64,000 nt of DNA from Bacteriovoracia bacterium. Its GTDB lineage: Bacteria; Bdellovibrionota; UBA1018; JBFWNL01. The stretch is from the NCBI GenBank assembly GCA_050251055.1, contig JBFWNL010000001.1:697210-761209 (forward strand), in the 5' to 3' direction. Shown in pieces: positions 26,398 through 35,235 of this stretch. A model generated the notes under the pieces. It did no database searches and had not been told where the DNA came from. It worked only from the letters and a program-made list of their open reading frames with translations. The position numbers and the translations under genes are program-made. Numbering within the stretch: position 1 is the first letter of the stretch; each line of letters begins with the position of its first letter.

Positions 26398-27376
26398 GAG
26401 CGTAATCCTTTTCCAAGCCTTGCTGGAACTTCATTTCGAACTGGATCATGCGATCGAGCATCTGCTCCAGATCGACGGTCGGTTTCCAGCCCAGATCCTG
26501 GCGGATCTTCGCGCTCGAGCCGTACACGGCGAGCGGCTCGTGCAACCGGAAGTACCGGGGATCCGCCTGCACGTGTTTCTCGAAATCGAGCCCCAGGCGG
26601 CCGAACACGGAGCGCAGCACGTGCTCGAGCGAGTACGATTGACCAGTGCAGATCAGGTAATCTTCGGGCTTGGCGGCCTTGAGCATGCGCCAGCAGGCAT
26701 CCACGTAATCGGGCGCGTAACCAAAATCGCGAATCACGCTCGCATTACCGAACTGCAAGGTCTTTTCCTTGCCGAGCTTGATACGGACGGCGGCGCGGAC
26801 CGCCTTCTTCGCCGCGAAGTTCTCGTGACGCCGGGGCGACTCGTGATTGAAGAACACGCCATTCACGGCGAAAAGTCCGTAGTTGCGCCGGTACGACGTC
26901 ACCATATGGTGCGCGTAAGCCTTGGTGCAGCCGTACGGGTTATACGGCGCGAGCGGGGTCGCTTCCGTCAGCGGCGTATCGCCCGACGGATAGAAAATCT
27001 CGGAGCTCGACGCTTGGAAGTAGCGGATGGAGCGATCGACCTTCAGGATCGCCTCTAACAAATGCGTGGGAATCACGCCCGAAGCGCGGAAGGTCTCGTC
27101 CACCATCTCCCACGACTTGCTGACGTAGACCTGCCCGGCGAAATTATAAACCTCGGTAGGCTTCACGGCCGCCAGGATTTCGGCTAGGTGGTGCGTTTCG
27201 TAGGACGAGTCCACGAGCTCGATCTTGCCTTCGAGGTGAGCGATGTTCAGCGAGAACCGGCGCGCAGGATCGCGCGTGATGCCGACGACGCGATAGCCGT
27301 TCTTCAGCAGGAGCTCTGACAGGTACGACCCGTCTTGGCCCGAGATCCCCGTAATGAGCGCGACCGGCTTTGCCAT
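26381..27376 (-). CDS. Gmd-family NDP-sugar 4,6-dehydratase paralogue
   Basis: ORF track 26381..27391. Likely start is ATG 27376 (MAKPVALITGISGQDGSYLSELLLKNGYRVVGITRDP). QASSSEIF, NPYGCTKAY and FNHESPRR match the Gmd pattern. This is the second Gmd-like gene in the window. Confidence 0.8.
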   Translation of the reverse strand: MAKPVALITGISGQDGSYLSELLLKNGYRVVGITRDPARRFSLNIAHLEGKIELVDSSYETHHLAEILAAVKPTEVYNFAGQVYVSKSWEMVDETFRASGVIPTHLLEAILKVDRSIRYFQASSSEIFYPSGDTPLTEATPLAPYNPYGCTKAYAHHMVTSYRRNYGLFAVNGVFFNHESPRRHENFAAKKAVRAAVRIKLGKEKTLQFGNASVIRDFGYAPDYVDACWRMLKAAKPEDYLICTGQSYSLEHVLRSVFGRLGLDFEKHVQADPRYFRLHEPLAVYGSSAKIRQDLGWKPTVDLEQMLDRMIQFEMKFQQGLEKDYAHEHPV

Positions 27377-28062
27377 CACCAGGCCGTCCATCCGCCGTCG
27401 ACGGGATACACACCGCCGGTGCAGTAAGAGGAGTCTTCCGCGACGAGAAACCGAACCAGGCCGGTGATTTCGTCGGCTTCCGCCATGCGGCCCATGGGCG
27501 TGCGCTCCGAATAAGCGCGCATGAACTTGTCATCCTGCTGATGCCGGATCCCGCCCGGCACGACGCAGTTCACGCGGATCTTCGGCGCCCAGTGCGTGGA
27601 GAGGTGCCGCGTGAGCTGCACGACCGAGGCCTTGGAAATTCCGTAGCCCAGATGCTTCTCGCCATCGTCATAGAGCGTGGGAATCGGCGAAGTCACGCCG
27701 TAAACCGAGGAAAAATTCACGATCGACCCTTGCTTATTCACCCGGGCGAACTCGCGACAGACCGAAAAGAGCGTGATCACGTTCGTCTCGAAATACTCGC
27801 GCAAGCTATCCAGCGTGATGTCCATCAGGCGCGTAGCCGGGCGCTGTCCGCCCGCCGCCACGTGATCGACCATCGCAAACAAGTTCACGAGCCCATCGGC
27901 CGGGTTCGCCGCGAACCACTCGCGGACGAACTTCGGATCGCGCAGGTCGTGCCCGAGAGCGAGGTCGAGTGCCAACACTTCGAACTCCGTCGCCAGCTTC
28001 GGGGTCAGGGCGCGGCCCACGATCCCGCGGGAACCGGCGATGATGACGCGTTTTCTCTTCAT
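27376..28062 (-). CDS. short-chain dehydrogenase/reductase (classical SDR)
   Basis: VIIAGSRGIVGRAL, NFSSVYG, YGISKASVVQL (YxxxK), VNCVVPGGI. 228 aa. Confidence 0.8.
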   Translation of the reverse strand: MKRKRVIIAGSRGIVGRALTPKLATEFEVLALDLALGHDLRDPKFVREWFAANPADGLVNLFAMVDHVAAGGQRPATRLMDITLDSLREYFETNVITLFSVCREFARVNKQGSIVNFSSVYGVTSPIPTLYDDGEKHLGYGISKASVVQLTRHLSTHWAPKIRVNCVVPGGIRHQQDDKFMRAYSERTPMGRMAEADEITGLVRFLVAEDSSYCTGGVYPVDGGWTAW

Positions 28063-29279
28063 TTCCCTTTGAACTTCTTGATCGTCTTACGCAGCACTTC
28101 GGCCTTCGTTTCGGCCAGGCGTACATCGCGATAGTTGGTCTTGAACTGCATCAAGCGCTTCTGGATGCGTTCCGCGACCGGGCAAAGCCCCGGGGCGTAG
28201 GAAACATCCTGATAGATCTGTGGCATGCGCGAGACAAACTTGCGTTCGGCGATCAGCGGTTCCAAATAAGGCACCGACCAGGCACCGTAGATCCCATCGC
28301 CGCCTTCTTGAATGTAGGCTTTGCGGAAATCCTGCCAGCTCACACCGATCGCTTCTTCGCCGTGATAGACGACGCCGAGCGTGTAGTACGAGTTATGGAA
28401 GCCGTCCGGCGTCTTCTGCGGGACAAGGTAGTCGCATTCCGACATAACATCCATGAAGAGCTTCGCGGATTTGATCCGCAGGTCCACCAAGTATTCCACC
28501 TGTTCGAGTTGCGCCATCGCGACCGCCGCGCAGAATTCCGGCAGGCGGTAGTTCCAACCCAGCGAATCGTGACGTTTGTAATTCGGGTCTTGGAAGACGT
28601 CCTGGTTTAAGCGGGTGCGGCCTTCGGAAGCACGCAGGTTTTTAAACCCATGCCCGCCGATCTTGCGTACCTTCTCGGCCAGGGCTTCGCTGTCGGTGAT
28701 GAGCATGCCGCCCTCACCGCAGGAAAGATGCTTGGTGTTCTCGAAGCTGAAGCTCGCGAGATCGCCGAACGTGCCGGCCAGCTGGCCCTTGTAGGTACCG
28801 AGCACGCACTGGGCGTTGTCTTCGATCACGGGAATATTATGCTTGCGCGCGATCTTCATGATCGGGTCCATGTCGGCCGGCAATCCGTAGAGCGAGACCG
28901 GCATGATGGCCTTGGTCTTCTTCGTGATCTTGCGCTCGAGATCGGCCGGATCCATGTTGAAGGTTTCCGCATCCACGTCGCAGAACACCGGGACCGCATT
29001 CGCGTGGAACGTAGAAGTGGTGTCCATGATCACGGTCAACGCCGGCGATATGACTTCATCACCCGCTTGCACCCCTACTGCTTCGAGGGCCGCATGCAAG
29101 GTAGCCGTGCCGGAGTTAAACGCCACCGCGTATTTCGTGTTAAATTTTTCGGCGAAAGCCTTTTCCAAAGTCTGCACCCAAGTGCCGCTCGTGGCGGACC
29201 AGGATTCGGAGCCCAACACCTTCGTCAGGTATTCCAGCTCGTTGCCTAGGTACTTGGAGGGATTTTCAATTTTTTGCAT
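28059..29279 (-). CDS. DegT/DnrJ/EryC1-family PLP aminotransferase (SpsC/LegC-like)
   Basis: AVAFNSGTATLHAAL...VISPALT...IEDNAQ. The Schiff-base lysine is present in FSFENTKHLSCGEGG. 406 aa. Confidence 0.85.
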   Translation of the reverse strand: MQKIENPSKYLGNELEYLTKVLGSESWSATSGTWVQTLEKAFAEKFNTKYAVAFNSGTATLHAALEAVGVQAGDEVISPALTVIMDTTSTFHANAVPVFCDVDAETFNMDPADLERKITKKTKAIMPVSLYGLPADMDPIMKIARKHNIPVIEDNAQCVLGTYKGQLAGTFGDLASFSFENTKHLSCGEGGMLITDSEALAEKVRKIGGHGFKNLRASEGRTRLNQDVFQDPNYKRHDSLGWNYRLPEFCAAVAMAQLEQVEYLVDLRIKSAKLFMDVMSECDYLVPQKTPDGFHNSYYTLGVVYHGEEAIGVSWQDFRKAYIQEGGDGIYGAWSVPYLEPLIAERKFVSRMPQIYQDVSYAPGLCPVAERIQKRLMQFKTNYRDVRLAETKAEVLRKTIKKFKGK

Positions 29280-30042
29280 TCCAGTTCTCCTTCAGGACTA
29301 ACTTGGTCTTGGCGACTTGGTTGTTTTTCCATTGCTCATGGAGATGACGGTTCAAGCCGATCACTTCGGGATGCTGATCCAGGTAAGCCACGATGTCGCG
29401 CAACCCGAAAGCGGGCTTCTGCGGCTTCAGCGCCTTCACGACGGCGTCGAAGAAGCGGAAGTCGTCTTCGTAATCCAGGGTCATGCGGATATCGTCACGG
29501 CAGAACACCGGGTCGGGCTTCTGCAGCAGCTCGTTGCGGAAAAGACCGGTGTCCTTGAAGTACACCCACATCATTTCGGTTTCTTCCGTGGCCTTGATCT
29601 CGCAAACCTTCTGGAGGGCGGCGGCGGAAATTCCGTAAGTGAAAGCGCCGCAAATTACTTCCGGGCTCTCGATGAAGTCGGCACCGGTACGATCGTGCTG
29701 ATCAAACGCTTGATCCATGAGTTCGGGCTCGCAAAACAGATCATCGCCGTCGGCGGTTACGAAGAAGTCGACGCCGTTGGCTTTACAGGCCCCGTTCCAG
29801 CGCTCGAGCTTGTCCTTCACGCTGCCTCGAAAAACCCGCACGCCGTTCTTTTCGGCGAGCTGGCAAAGCACGTCGTCTTCCGGCAGCGTCGTCGTGCAAA
29901 GAACCACGAAATTCGCACGCTTGGAGCGTAAGGCCCGTTGCATCACGTATTCGATCGTGGTGAGGCCCATGATCGTCTTCAATGCCTTCTGAGCCAAGCG
30001 CGAAGACCCCGTTCTTACGGTAATAAATATGGCTTTGGTCAC
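29266..30042 (-). CDS. acylneuraminate/SpsF-type cytidylyltransferase (CTP_transf_3-like)
   Basis: AIFITVRTGSSRLAQKALKTI...VVLCTTTLPEDDVL...FVTADGDDLFCEP, typical of CMP-sugar-acid synthetase/SpsF proteins. 258 aa. Confidence 0.75.
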   Translation of the reverse strand: MTKAIFITVRTGSSRLAQKALKTIMGLTTIEYVMQRALRSKRANFVVLCTTTLPEDDVLCQLAEKNGVRVFRGSVKDKLERWNGACKANGVDFFVTADGDDLFCEPELMDQAFDQHDRTGADFIESPEVICGAFTYGISAAALQKVCEIKATEETEMMWVYFKDTGLFRNELLQKPDPVFCRDDIRMTLDYEDDFRFFDAVVKALKPQKPAFGLRDIVAYLDQHPEVIGLNRHLHEQWKNNQVAKTKLVLKENWNAKN

Positions 30043-30170
30043 GGTGAGGTTTTACTCATTTAGCCGAGGAAATGACAACCGTTTTGCATCATTTACAGGC
30101 ACCGATACTTGACTATTTCCATTTAGTAGTTGGCTTGTCCATCGCATTCAGCTAACCCTAAATCATCCCC

Positions 30171-31925
30171 ATGCCACGCATACACGAACTGACTCAGTTT
30201 TTAGGTAAAAAGACGCTTTGGCTCATGGTCATGGGCGTCTTCACCGGCATAACGCTATTTGGCATCGAAATTTTTTTCGCGCAAACGATCGACGTTTTCC
30301 TGCAGGCGATTGGCGGCACGCCGGTCGAGTCGATCGCCCGTTCTTTTCTCATCACCTGGCTCCCCTTAAACGGATTCACGAGCGTCTTGGTGTTACTCGG
30401 GACTTTGGGCGCGATCCGCGGCCTACTCCAATGCGCGCAAGTTTACTTTCCCAGCCTCACGGCCGAAGAGCAACGCTTCGTCCATCGCGGTCGCGTCTTA
30501 CACTGGGCCTTTCGCAGTCATTCCGCCAATAGCGGCGAGATCATGACTTTATTCAGCGATACGACTTCGGGCGCGGCGACCGCGATCTTGAGCGTACAAG
30601 CTTTGGCCGCCCTGATTCCCGTCGCCCTGCTGCTCTGGGTAGGCTTGCTTCAGATCGCGATGATGCCTACCCTGATCGTCACCGGCTGCTTGGCGCTACT
30701 CGCGTTGGGGCTGAAGGCGCTCGATTCCATCACCCAACGCGCGGGCGTGCAGGTTGCGCGCGAAGGCGCCGCGATCAACGCCAACGTCCTGGCTAATATT
30801 AAAAACCTGCTGCTAATGCAGATTTACGGGACCGAAGCCAAGGAAGCGAATCGCGTGGAGGCAAGCCTCGCGAACTACTATCGCCACAGTCATCTCCAGC
30901 TCGTGCTCATGAGCGCGAAGTACGCCATCCCGCAGATCTTCGGCGTCGTCCTCATCTGCATCATCACCGCGGCCGCGCTCCAAGGCCCGGATCGTCTACC
31001 GGCCGGCGTGCTGATCGCCTATTTTTACCTGTTCGTGCGTTTCGTGCAGAACGTTTCGGAAATCCTGCGGCAGCTCTCTTTCATCGAATACTACAAGCCG
31101 CACCTCGTCCGCATGTTCGGCTGGTGGAAACAGAATGGGCAAGCCGCCCAAGCCTTACGGTTGGCGGTCCCATCCGCGCAGGTCCCTCCCCTACTCACCG
31201 GCCCGGGCGGCACGGGTTGGCGCCTTAAAGAGGTCGAGTTCCGCTATCCCGACGCGGCGGCTCCCGTGCTCCAAAAACTTTCGGCGGAGATCGCCCCGGG
31301 CGAAACGTTCGTGATCGTGGGCCCTTCCGGATCCGGCAAGTCGACGCTCGTGTCTTTGCTTCTAGGTAACCTTCAACCCAGCTCGGGGGATGTGAAACTC
31401 GTCGTGAAAGACGAGAAAGGTACGGAAAACTTCCCGCTCGCCGAGGTGCGTGCTCGTTTCTTAAAAACCGTCGGTTACGTCGGTCCCGAGAGCTTCCTGC
31501 TCGCCGGCACAATCCTGGAAAACCTGACGTATGGTTTGGATCAGATGCCTAACCCCGCGCAGATTGAGCGCGCCCTGCAGACGGCGGAATGCCAATTCGT
31601 GTTCGAACTCCCCAAGGGCACGGCCCATCTGATTTCCGAGCAAGGCCAGGGGTTGTCCGCCGGCCAGAAGCAACGTCTCGCCCTGGCGCGCGCCCTCTTG
31701 CGTAATCCCACAACACTGATCTTGGACGAGGCGACGGCGAATCTCGATCTCGAGACAGAACAACGGCTCGTGAACACTTTAAAGAAGCTCAAGCACAAGA
31801 TGACCATCATCGGCGTCACGCATCGCCAAGCGCTGCTCGAAATCGCCGACCATACGTTGCGTCTGGAAGAATCTACTCAAACAGCGGGTGGCCCGCGGCC
31901 ACGAATTCCCGCAAAAACTCTTTAA
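30171..31925 (+). CDS. ABC exporter, fused TMD-NBD half transporter (MsbA/PglK-like)
   Basis: About 6 N-terminal TM segments. Walker A is GPSGSGKSTL, the signature motif is LSAGQKQRLALARAL, and Walker B is LILDEATANLD. The 3' end overlaps the convergent gene by 53 nt. Confidence 0.88.
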   Translation: MPRIHELTQFLGKKTLWLMVMGVFTGITLFGIEIFFAQTIDVFLQAIGGTPVESIARSFLITWLPLNGFTSVLVLLGTLGAIRGLLQCAQVYFPSLTAEEQRFVHRGRVLHWAFRSHSANSGEIMTLFSDTTSGAATAILSVQALAALIPVALLLWVGLLQIAMMPTLIVTGCLALLALGLKALDSITQRAGVQVAREGAAINANVLANIKNLLLMQIYGTEAKEANRVEASLANYYRHSHLQLVLMSAKYAIPQIFGVVLICIITAAALQGPDRLPAGVLIAYFYLFVRFVQNVSEILRQLSFIEYYKPHLVRMFGWWKQNGQAAQALRLAVPSAQVPPLLTGPGGTGWRLKEVEFRYPDAAAPVLQKLSAEIAPGETFVIVGPSGSGKSTLVSLLLGNLQPSSGDVKLVVKDEKGTENFPLAEVRARFLKTVGYVGPESFLLAGTILENLTYGLDQMPNPAQIERALQTAECQFVFELPKGTAHLISEQGQGLSAGQKQRLALARALLRNPTTLILDEATANLDLETEQRLVNTLKKLKHKMTIIGVTHRQALLEIADHTLRLEESTQTAGGPRPRIPAKTL

Positions 31926-34089
31926 TCGGCGGCGCGACCATGTGGGCCGGCACGCCCGCCGCGCTCAGGATCGCCTCGCGCACCTGGGTCGCGCTCAAAG
32001 ACTCACGGCGCGAAGCCGGGTGAGCGCAACTCTCGGTCACTTGCCCACAATCCGCGCAGTAGTAAGCGGCTTCAAATAGGATCGGCTGGATGCCGATGTC
32101 GCCTAGTTTACCGAAAATTTCCTGGGAAGCGTTGGCGGAATAATAATTCCCGACGCCCGTGTGATCGCGGCCCACCACGATGTGGCTGCAGCCGAAGTTC
32201 TTGCGGCAGATCGCGGTGAAGGCGGCTTCGTGCGGGCCCGCGTAGCGCGGATACGTATTGAATACTCCCAAGACCGCCGGATACGGGGCATAGAGATCTT
32301 CCTTCAAGGCGACGTCATACGCGCCCAAGATCGCCGGCGCCGTGAAGTCACCCGCTTTTTTTGGCCCGATCACGGGGCTGATGAAGAGCGCGTCCGCGTT
32401 CGCGCGCTTGAGCGCCTCACGCTGGATAAAGAGATGGCCCGCGTGCACGATGTTGCGGGTATGGAACGCCACGATCGTCCGCCAGCCCATCGTCGAAAAG
32501 AGCTTGCGCGACTGGCGCGGAGTCAGAAAATGCGGGGACGGCGCGGCGGAGCGCTCGAACGCCCGGAAAACCTCGCCGCTGATAATAAACTTACCCTTAT
32601 CCCGAAAAGCCGTGAACCCGGGATGCTTCTGATCGTGGGTACCGAACCAGCGCTCGCCGACGGAGACGAGGTCGATCTCCTCGACGGCCGCGACTTTAAG
32701 GTATCCACAGGCACGCGCTTCCCCGGGCGCCTGGAGCGCAACCCATTGGCCCGCTTTCACCGCCGGCTTATCCACCGACTGCAGGAGAATCGGCATCGTC
32801 CAGATCTCGCCGCTCGCGCAGCGGTTATCGTCGACGACACGCGCGAGCTCGGCCGCGCCCATGAAGTGCTTAATCGGCGAATAGACGCCTTCCACGATCT
32901 GCAGGACGTCGAGCGCCGTGCGCTCATCGATCGCGAGCTTTGGCCAGGTGGCGGCATTCGCCACGGTTTGACCGGGCGGTGTCGGTTGCTCGACCAGCGT
33001 TCCTCCGTGGGGCGCGATCAATCCGCCGTCGGAGCTACTTCGAATGAATTGGAGCGTGGTCTGATCGCTCCCCGCTTGGACTTGACCCGCGTAGCTGCCC
33101 ACTTCGCGGATCGTCTGGCGGATCATGCGTACCGATTCGACGGGGTACTTCCCGATCGCGGTTTCGGCGGCGAGCACCAAGCCCGAGGCGCCGTTTAAGA
33201 GCGTGTTGGTTACGTCGTTAATCTCGGCGCGGGTGGGCTGAAGATTGTTGAACATGCTTTCGAGGAGGTTCGTGGCCACATAAGTGGGCGTACCGGCCGC
33301 GGTCGCGCATTGAGTGATGTATTTTTGGGCAAGCCCGATCTTCCAGATGTCCACATCGCGCGAGAGGTCGCCGCGGTCGATGAGAATGGCGTCGCTGACG
33401 CCCAAGATCTCGGCCAAGTTGGCGAGCGCGGCCGTGCTTTCGACCTTTGAAATGATCGTGACGGGACAGCCGAAAAACTCGCGCAGCCACTTCACATCGG
33501 CGCCCCGAGAAGCGAACGAAAACGCCACGTGTTTTAGCCCGTGCTGCTTGGCAATGGCGAGCGCGGCCCGGTCTTTTTCGGTGAAGGGCGGCAGTTCGAC
33601 CAGACGGTCCAGGCTTACCCCTTTGTTGCTGCCCACTAACCCGCCCGCTAGCACGCGGCCGTGCGCTCCTTGAGCATCCACGGCCGTGACTTGAATCACC
33701 GCGGAGTTGAAATCCAGATGCAAGACATCTCCCGCATGCAGGAGCTGCGCGGGATCGATGGGATAAAGCGGGATCACGGAATCGGTGCCGGTTTCTTGCG
33801 CGCCGACGAACCGTACGCTCGCTCCCCGCCTAAGGGTGGTGGTCCCTTCTCCCATACGGCCGGTACGGATCTGTGCGCCTTCGGTATCCACACAAAGGGG
33901 CTTCTTCGTCCACTGCGAGACGTTGCGGATAATCTCCGGCAGTTTCTCGGCCGGGGTGTGAGACATATTGATGCGAAAGACATCCACCCCTTCGCGATCC
34001 ATCGCCTCGACTTTACGGCGATCCATGGACGCGGGTCCTAGGGTCACCAGCAATTGAATATCGGCGGGCTTTTCTACCGGAAGCTTCAT
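31873..34089 (-). CDS. pyruvate-kinase-like barrel domain fused to ATP sulfurylase (sulfate adenylyltransferase)
   Basis: N-terminal half: VDVFRINMSH, VDTEGAQIRTG, IISKVES, LIDRGDLS, QPTRAEINDV, AAETAIGKYP (PK A/B domains; no PK C domain). C-terminal half: PUA-like region, then AFHTRNIVHAGH, GPKKAGDF, VGRDHTGVGNYY (Sat). Single uninterrupted 738-codon ORF. Confidence 0.85.
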   Translation of the reverse strand: MKLPVEKPADIQLLVTLGPASMDRRKVEAMDREGVDVFRINMSHTPAEKLPEIIRNVSQWTKKPLCVDTEGAQIRTGRMGEGTTTLRRGASVRFVGAQETGTDSVIPLYPIDPAQLLHAGDVLHLDFNSAVIQVTAVDAQGAHGRVLAGGLVGSNKGVSLDRLVELPPFTEKDRAALAIAKQHGLKHVAFSFASRGADVKWLREFFGCPVTIISKVESTAALANLAEILGVSDAILIDRGDLSRDVDIWKIGLAQKYITQCATAAGTPTYVATNLLESMFNNLQPTRAEINDVTNTLLNGASGLVLAAETAIGKYPVESVRMIRQTIREVGSYAGQVQAGSDQTTLQFIRSSSDGGLIAPHGGTLVEQPTPPGQTVANAATWPKLAIDERTALDVLQIVEGVYSPIKHFMGAAELARVVDDNRCASGEIWTMPILLQSVDKPAVKAGQWVALQAPGEARACGYLKVAAVEEIDLVSVGERWFGTHDQKHPGFTAFRDKGKFIISGEVFRAFERSAAPSPHFLTPRQSRKLFSTMGWRTIVAFHTRNIVHAGHLFIQREALKRANADALFISPVIGPKKAGDFTAPAILGAYDVALKEDLYAPYPAVLGVFNTYPRYAGPHEAAFTAICRKNFGCSHIVVGRDHTGVGNYYSANASQEIFGKLGDIGIQPILFEAAYYCADCGQVTESCAHPASRRESLSATQVREAILSAAGVPAHMVAPPIKEFLREFVAAGHPLFE

Positions 34090-34619
34090 ACGAAGGCCTC
34101 TCCACCCGAGCCGGTCGGCACCCGGCTCAACACGTGTTTCACCAAGGCTTGGCCGATCTCTTCACGCGATGTCTTTTCGGTGTCAAAAGTAAACTCCGGA
34201 TTGGCCGGGACTTCAAAAGGGTCGTCGATACCGGTGAAATTCTTAATCTCCCCCGCCCGGGCGCGAAGATAAAGCCCTTTAGGGTCCCGCTGCTCACAAA
34301 CCTCCAATCGGGTGGCGAGATAAACTTCCGTGAAATCTTTGCACATGCCCCGCACGGCCGCACGCGCTTCGGCATACGGCGAAATAAACGAAGCGACCAC
34401 CACCACGCCGTGCTTCTCGAGCATGCTCGCCACGTACCCCGCGTACTTGATGTGCCGGTCGCGGTCAGTGCGCGTAAACGACGTTTCGGGAAACACCGCA
34501 CGAATGGCATCCCCGTCGAGGTGCTCCACGCGCAGTCCCTTGTCCTTCAGTTGACCCGTAACATAAGTCGCCAGGGTCGTTTTTCCGGAGCCTGAAAGCC
34601 CGGTTAGCCAAACTACCAT
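34086..34619 (-). CDS. cysC: adenylylsulfate (APS) kinase
   Basis: VVWLTGLSGSGKTTLA (P-loop), LDGDAIR, FISPY, RDPKGLYLRARAGEIKNFTGIDDPFE. ATGA overlap with the downstream PK-Sat gene. Confidence 0.92.
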   Translation of the reverse strand: MVVWLTGLSGSGKTTLATYVTGQLKDKGLRVEHLDGDAIRAVFPETSFTRTDRDRHIKYAGYVASMLEKHGVVVVASFISPYAEARAAVRGMCKDFTEVYLATRLEVCEQRDPKGLYLRARAGEIKNFTGIDDPFEVPANPEFTFDTEKTSREEIGQALVKHVLSRVPTGSGGEAFV

Positions 34620-34707
34620 TGTGGGCGGATATTAGTTTGGCGGCTTCGCCCTCGTCAAGCTTGGAAATCCTTGAGTTTTCCCAGGGTTTCCCAGATGATG
34701 ACGCTCC

Positions 34708-35235
34708 ATGAAGTTTATTGAGTCGCCACTCACGGGCGTGTGGACCATCGAAGCCGAGACCTTTCGGGACGAGCGCGGGTCGTTTTCCCAGGTCTTTCTG
34801 ACCGAGGAGTTCAGGCAACATAAACTCGAGACCGAGTTCGGCCAGTGGAGCCTTTCGGACAACGAGATCCGGGGAACGCTTCGCGGGATGCACTTCCAGA
34901 AACCTCCGTTCGCCCAGGGCAAGCTGATCCAATGCGTACGTGGGTCTATTTTTGATGTCGCGATCGACTTGCGCGAAGGTTCACCCACTTTCCGAAAGTG
35001 GTGGGGAACCGAAATCAGCGCGAAGAACAACCGCATGCTGCACATCGCGCCCGGCTTCGCCCATGGTTTCATCACGCTGGAAGATCACACCTGCGTCTAC
35101 TACCATCTGTCGAAGACCTACACGCCCGATAGCCAGAGCGGGATTCGCTGGGATGACCCGAAGATCGGCATCCATTGGCCGCTGAATCCCACGCGTGTTT
35201 CGGATCGCGATCGCGCGTACCCGTTGCTCAAGTAG
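34708..35235 (+). CDS. rfbC: dTDP-4-dehydrorhamnose 3,5-epimerase
   Basis: MKFIESPLTGVWTIEAETFRDERGSFSQVF...RGMHFQ...QGKLIQCVRGSIFDVAIDLR..SPTF..W...FAHGF...Y...Y.P..E.GIRWDDP. Confidence 0.9.
   Translation: MKFIESPLTGVWTIEAETFRDERGSFSQVFLTEEFRQHKLETEFGQWSLSDNEIRGTLRGMHFQKPPFAQGKLIQCVRGSIFDVAIDLREGSPTFRKWWGTEISAKNNRMLHIAPGFAHGFITLEDHTCVYYHLSKTYTPDSQSGIRWDDPKIGIHWPLNPTRVSDRDRAYPLLK

Noticed and set aside
33070-34089. Reading the N-terminal half of the 738-aa ORF as the organism's glycolytic pyruvate kinase gene.
   Set aside because: There is no PK C-terminal domain and no stop codon before the ATP sulfurylase module. The gene is ATGA-coupled to cysC. I therefore treat it as a fusion domain rather than a stand-alone pyk.
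34676-34694. Tandem direct repeat TTTCCCAG-GG-TTTCCCAG in the cysC/rfbC divergent intergenic region, considered as an operator.
   Set aside because: It is only two 8-nt copies with no dyad symmetry or further copies elsewhere in the window. This is within chance expectation and cannot be supported as a binding site.
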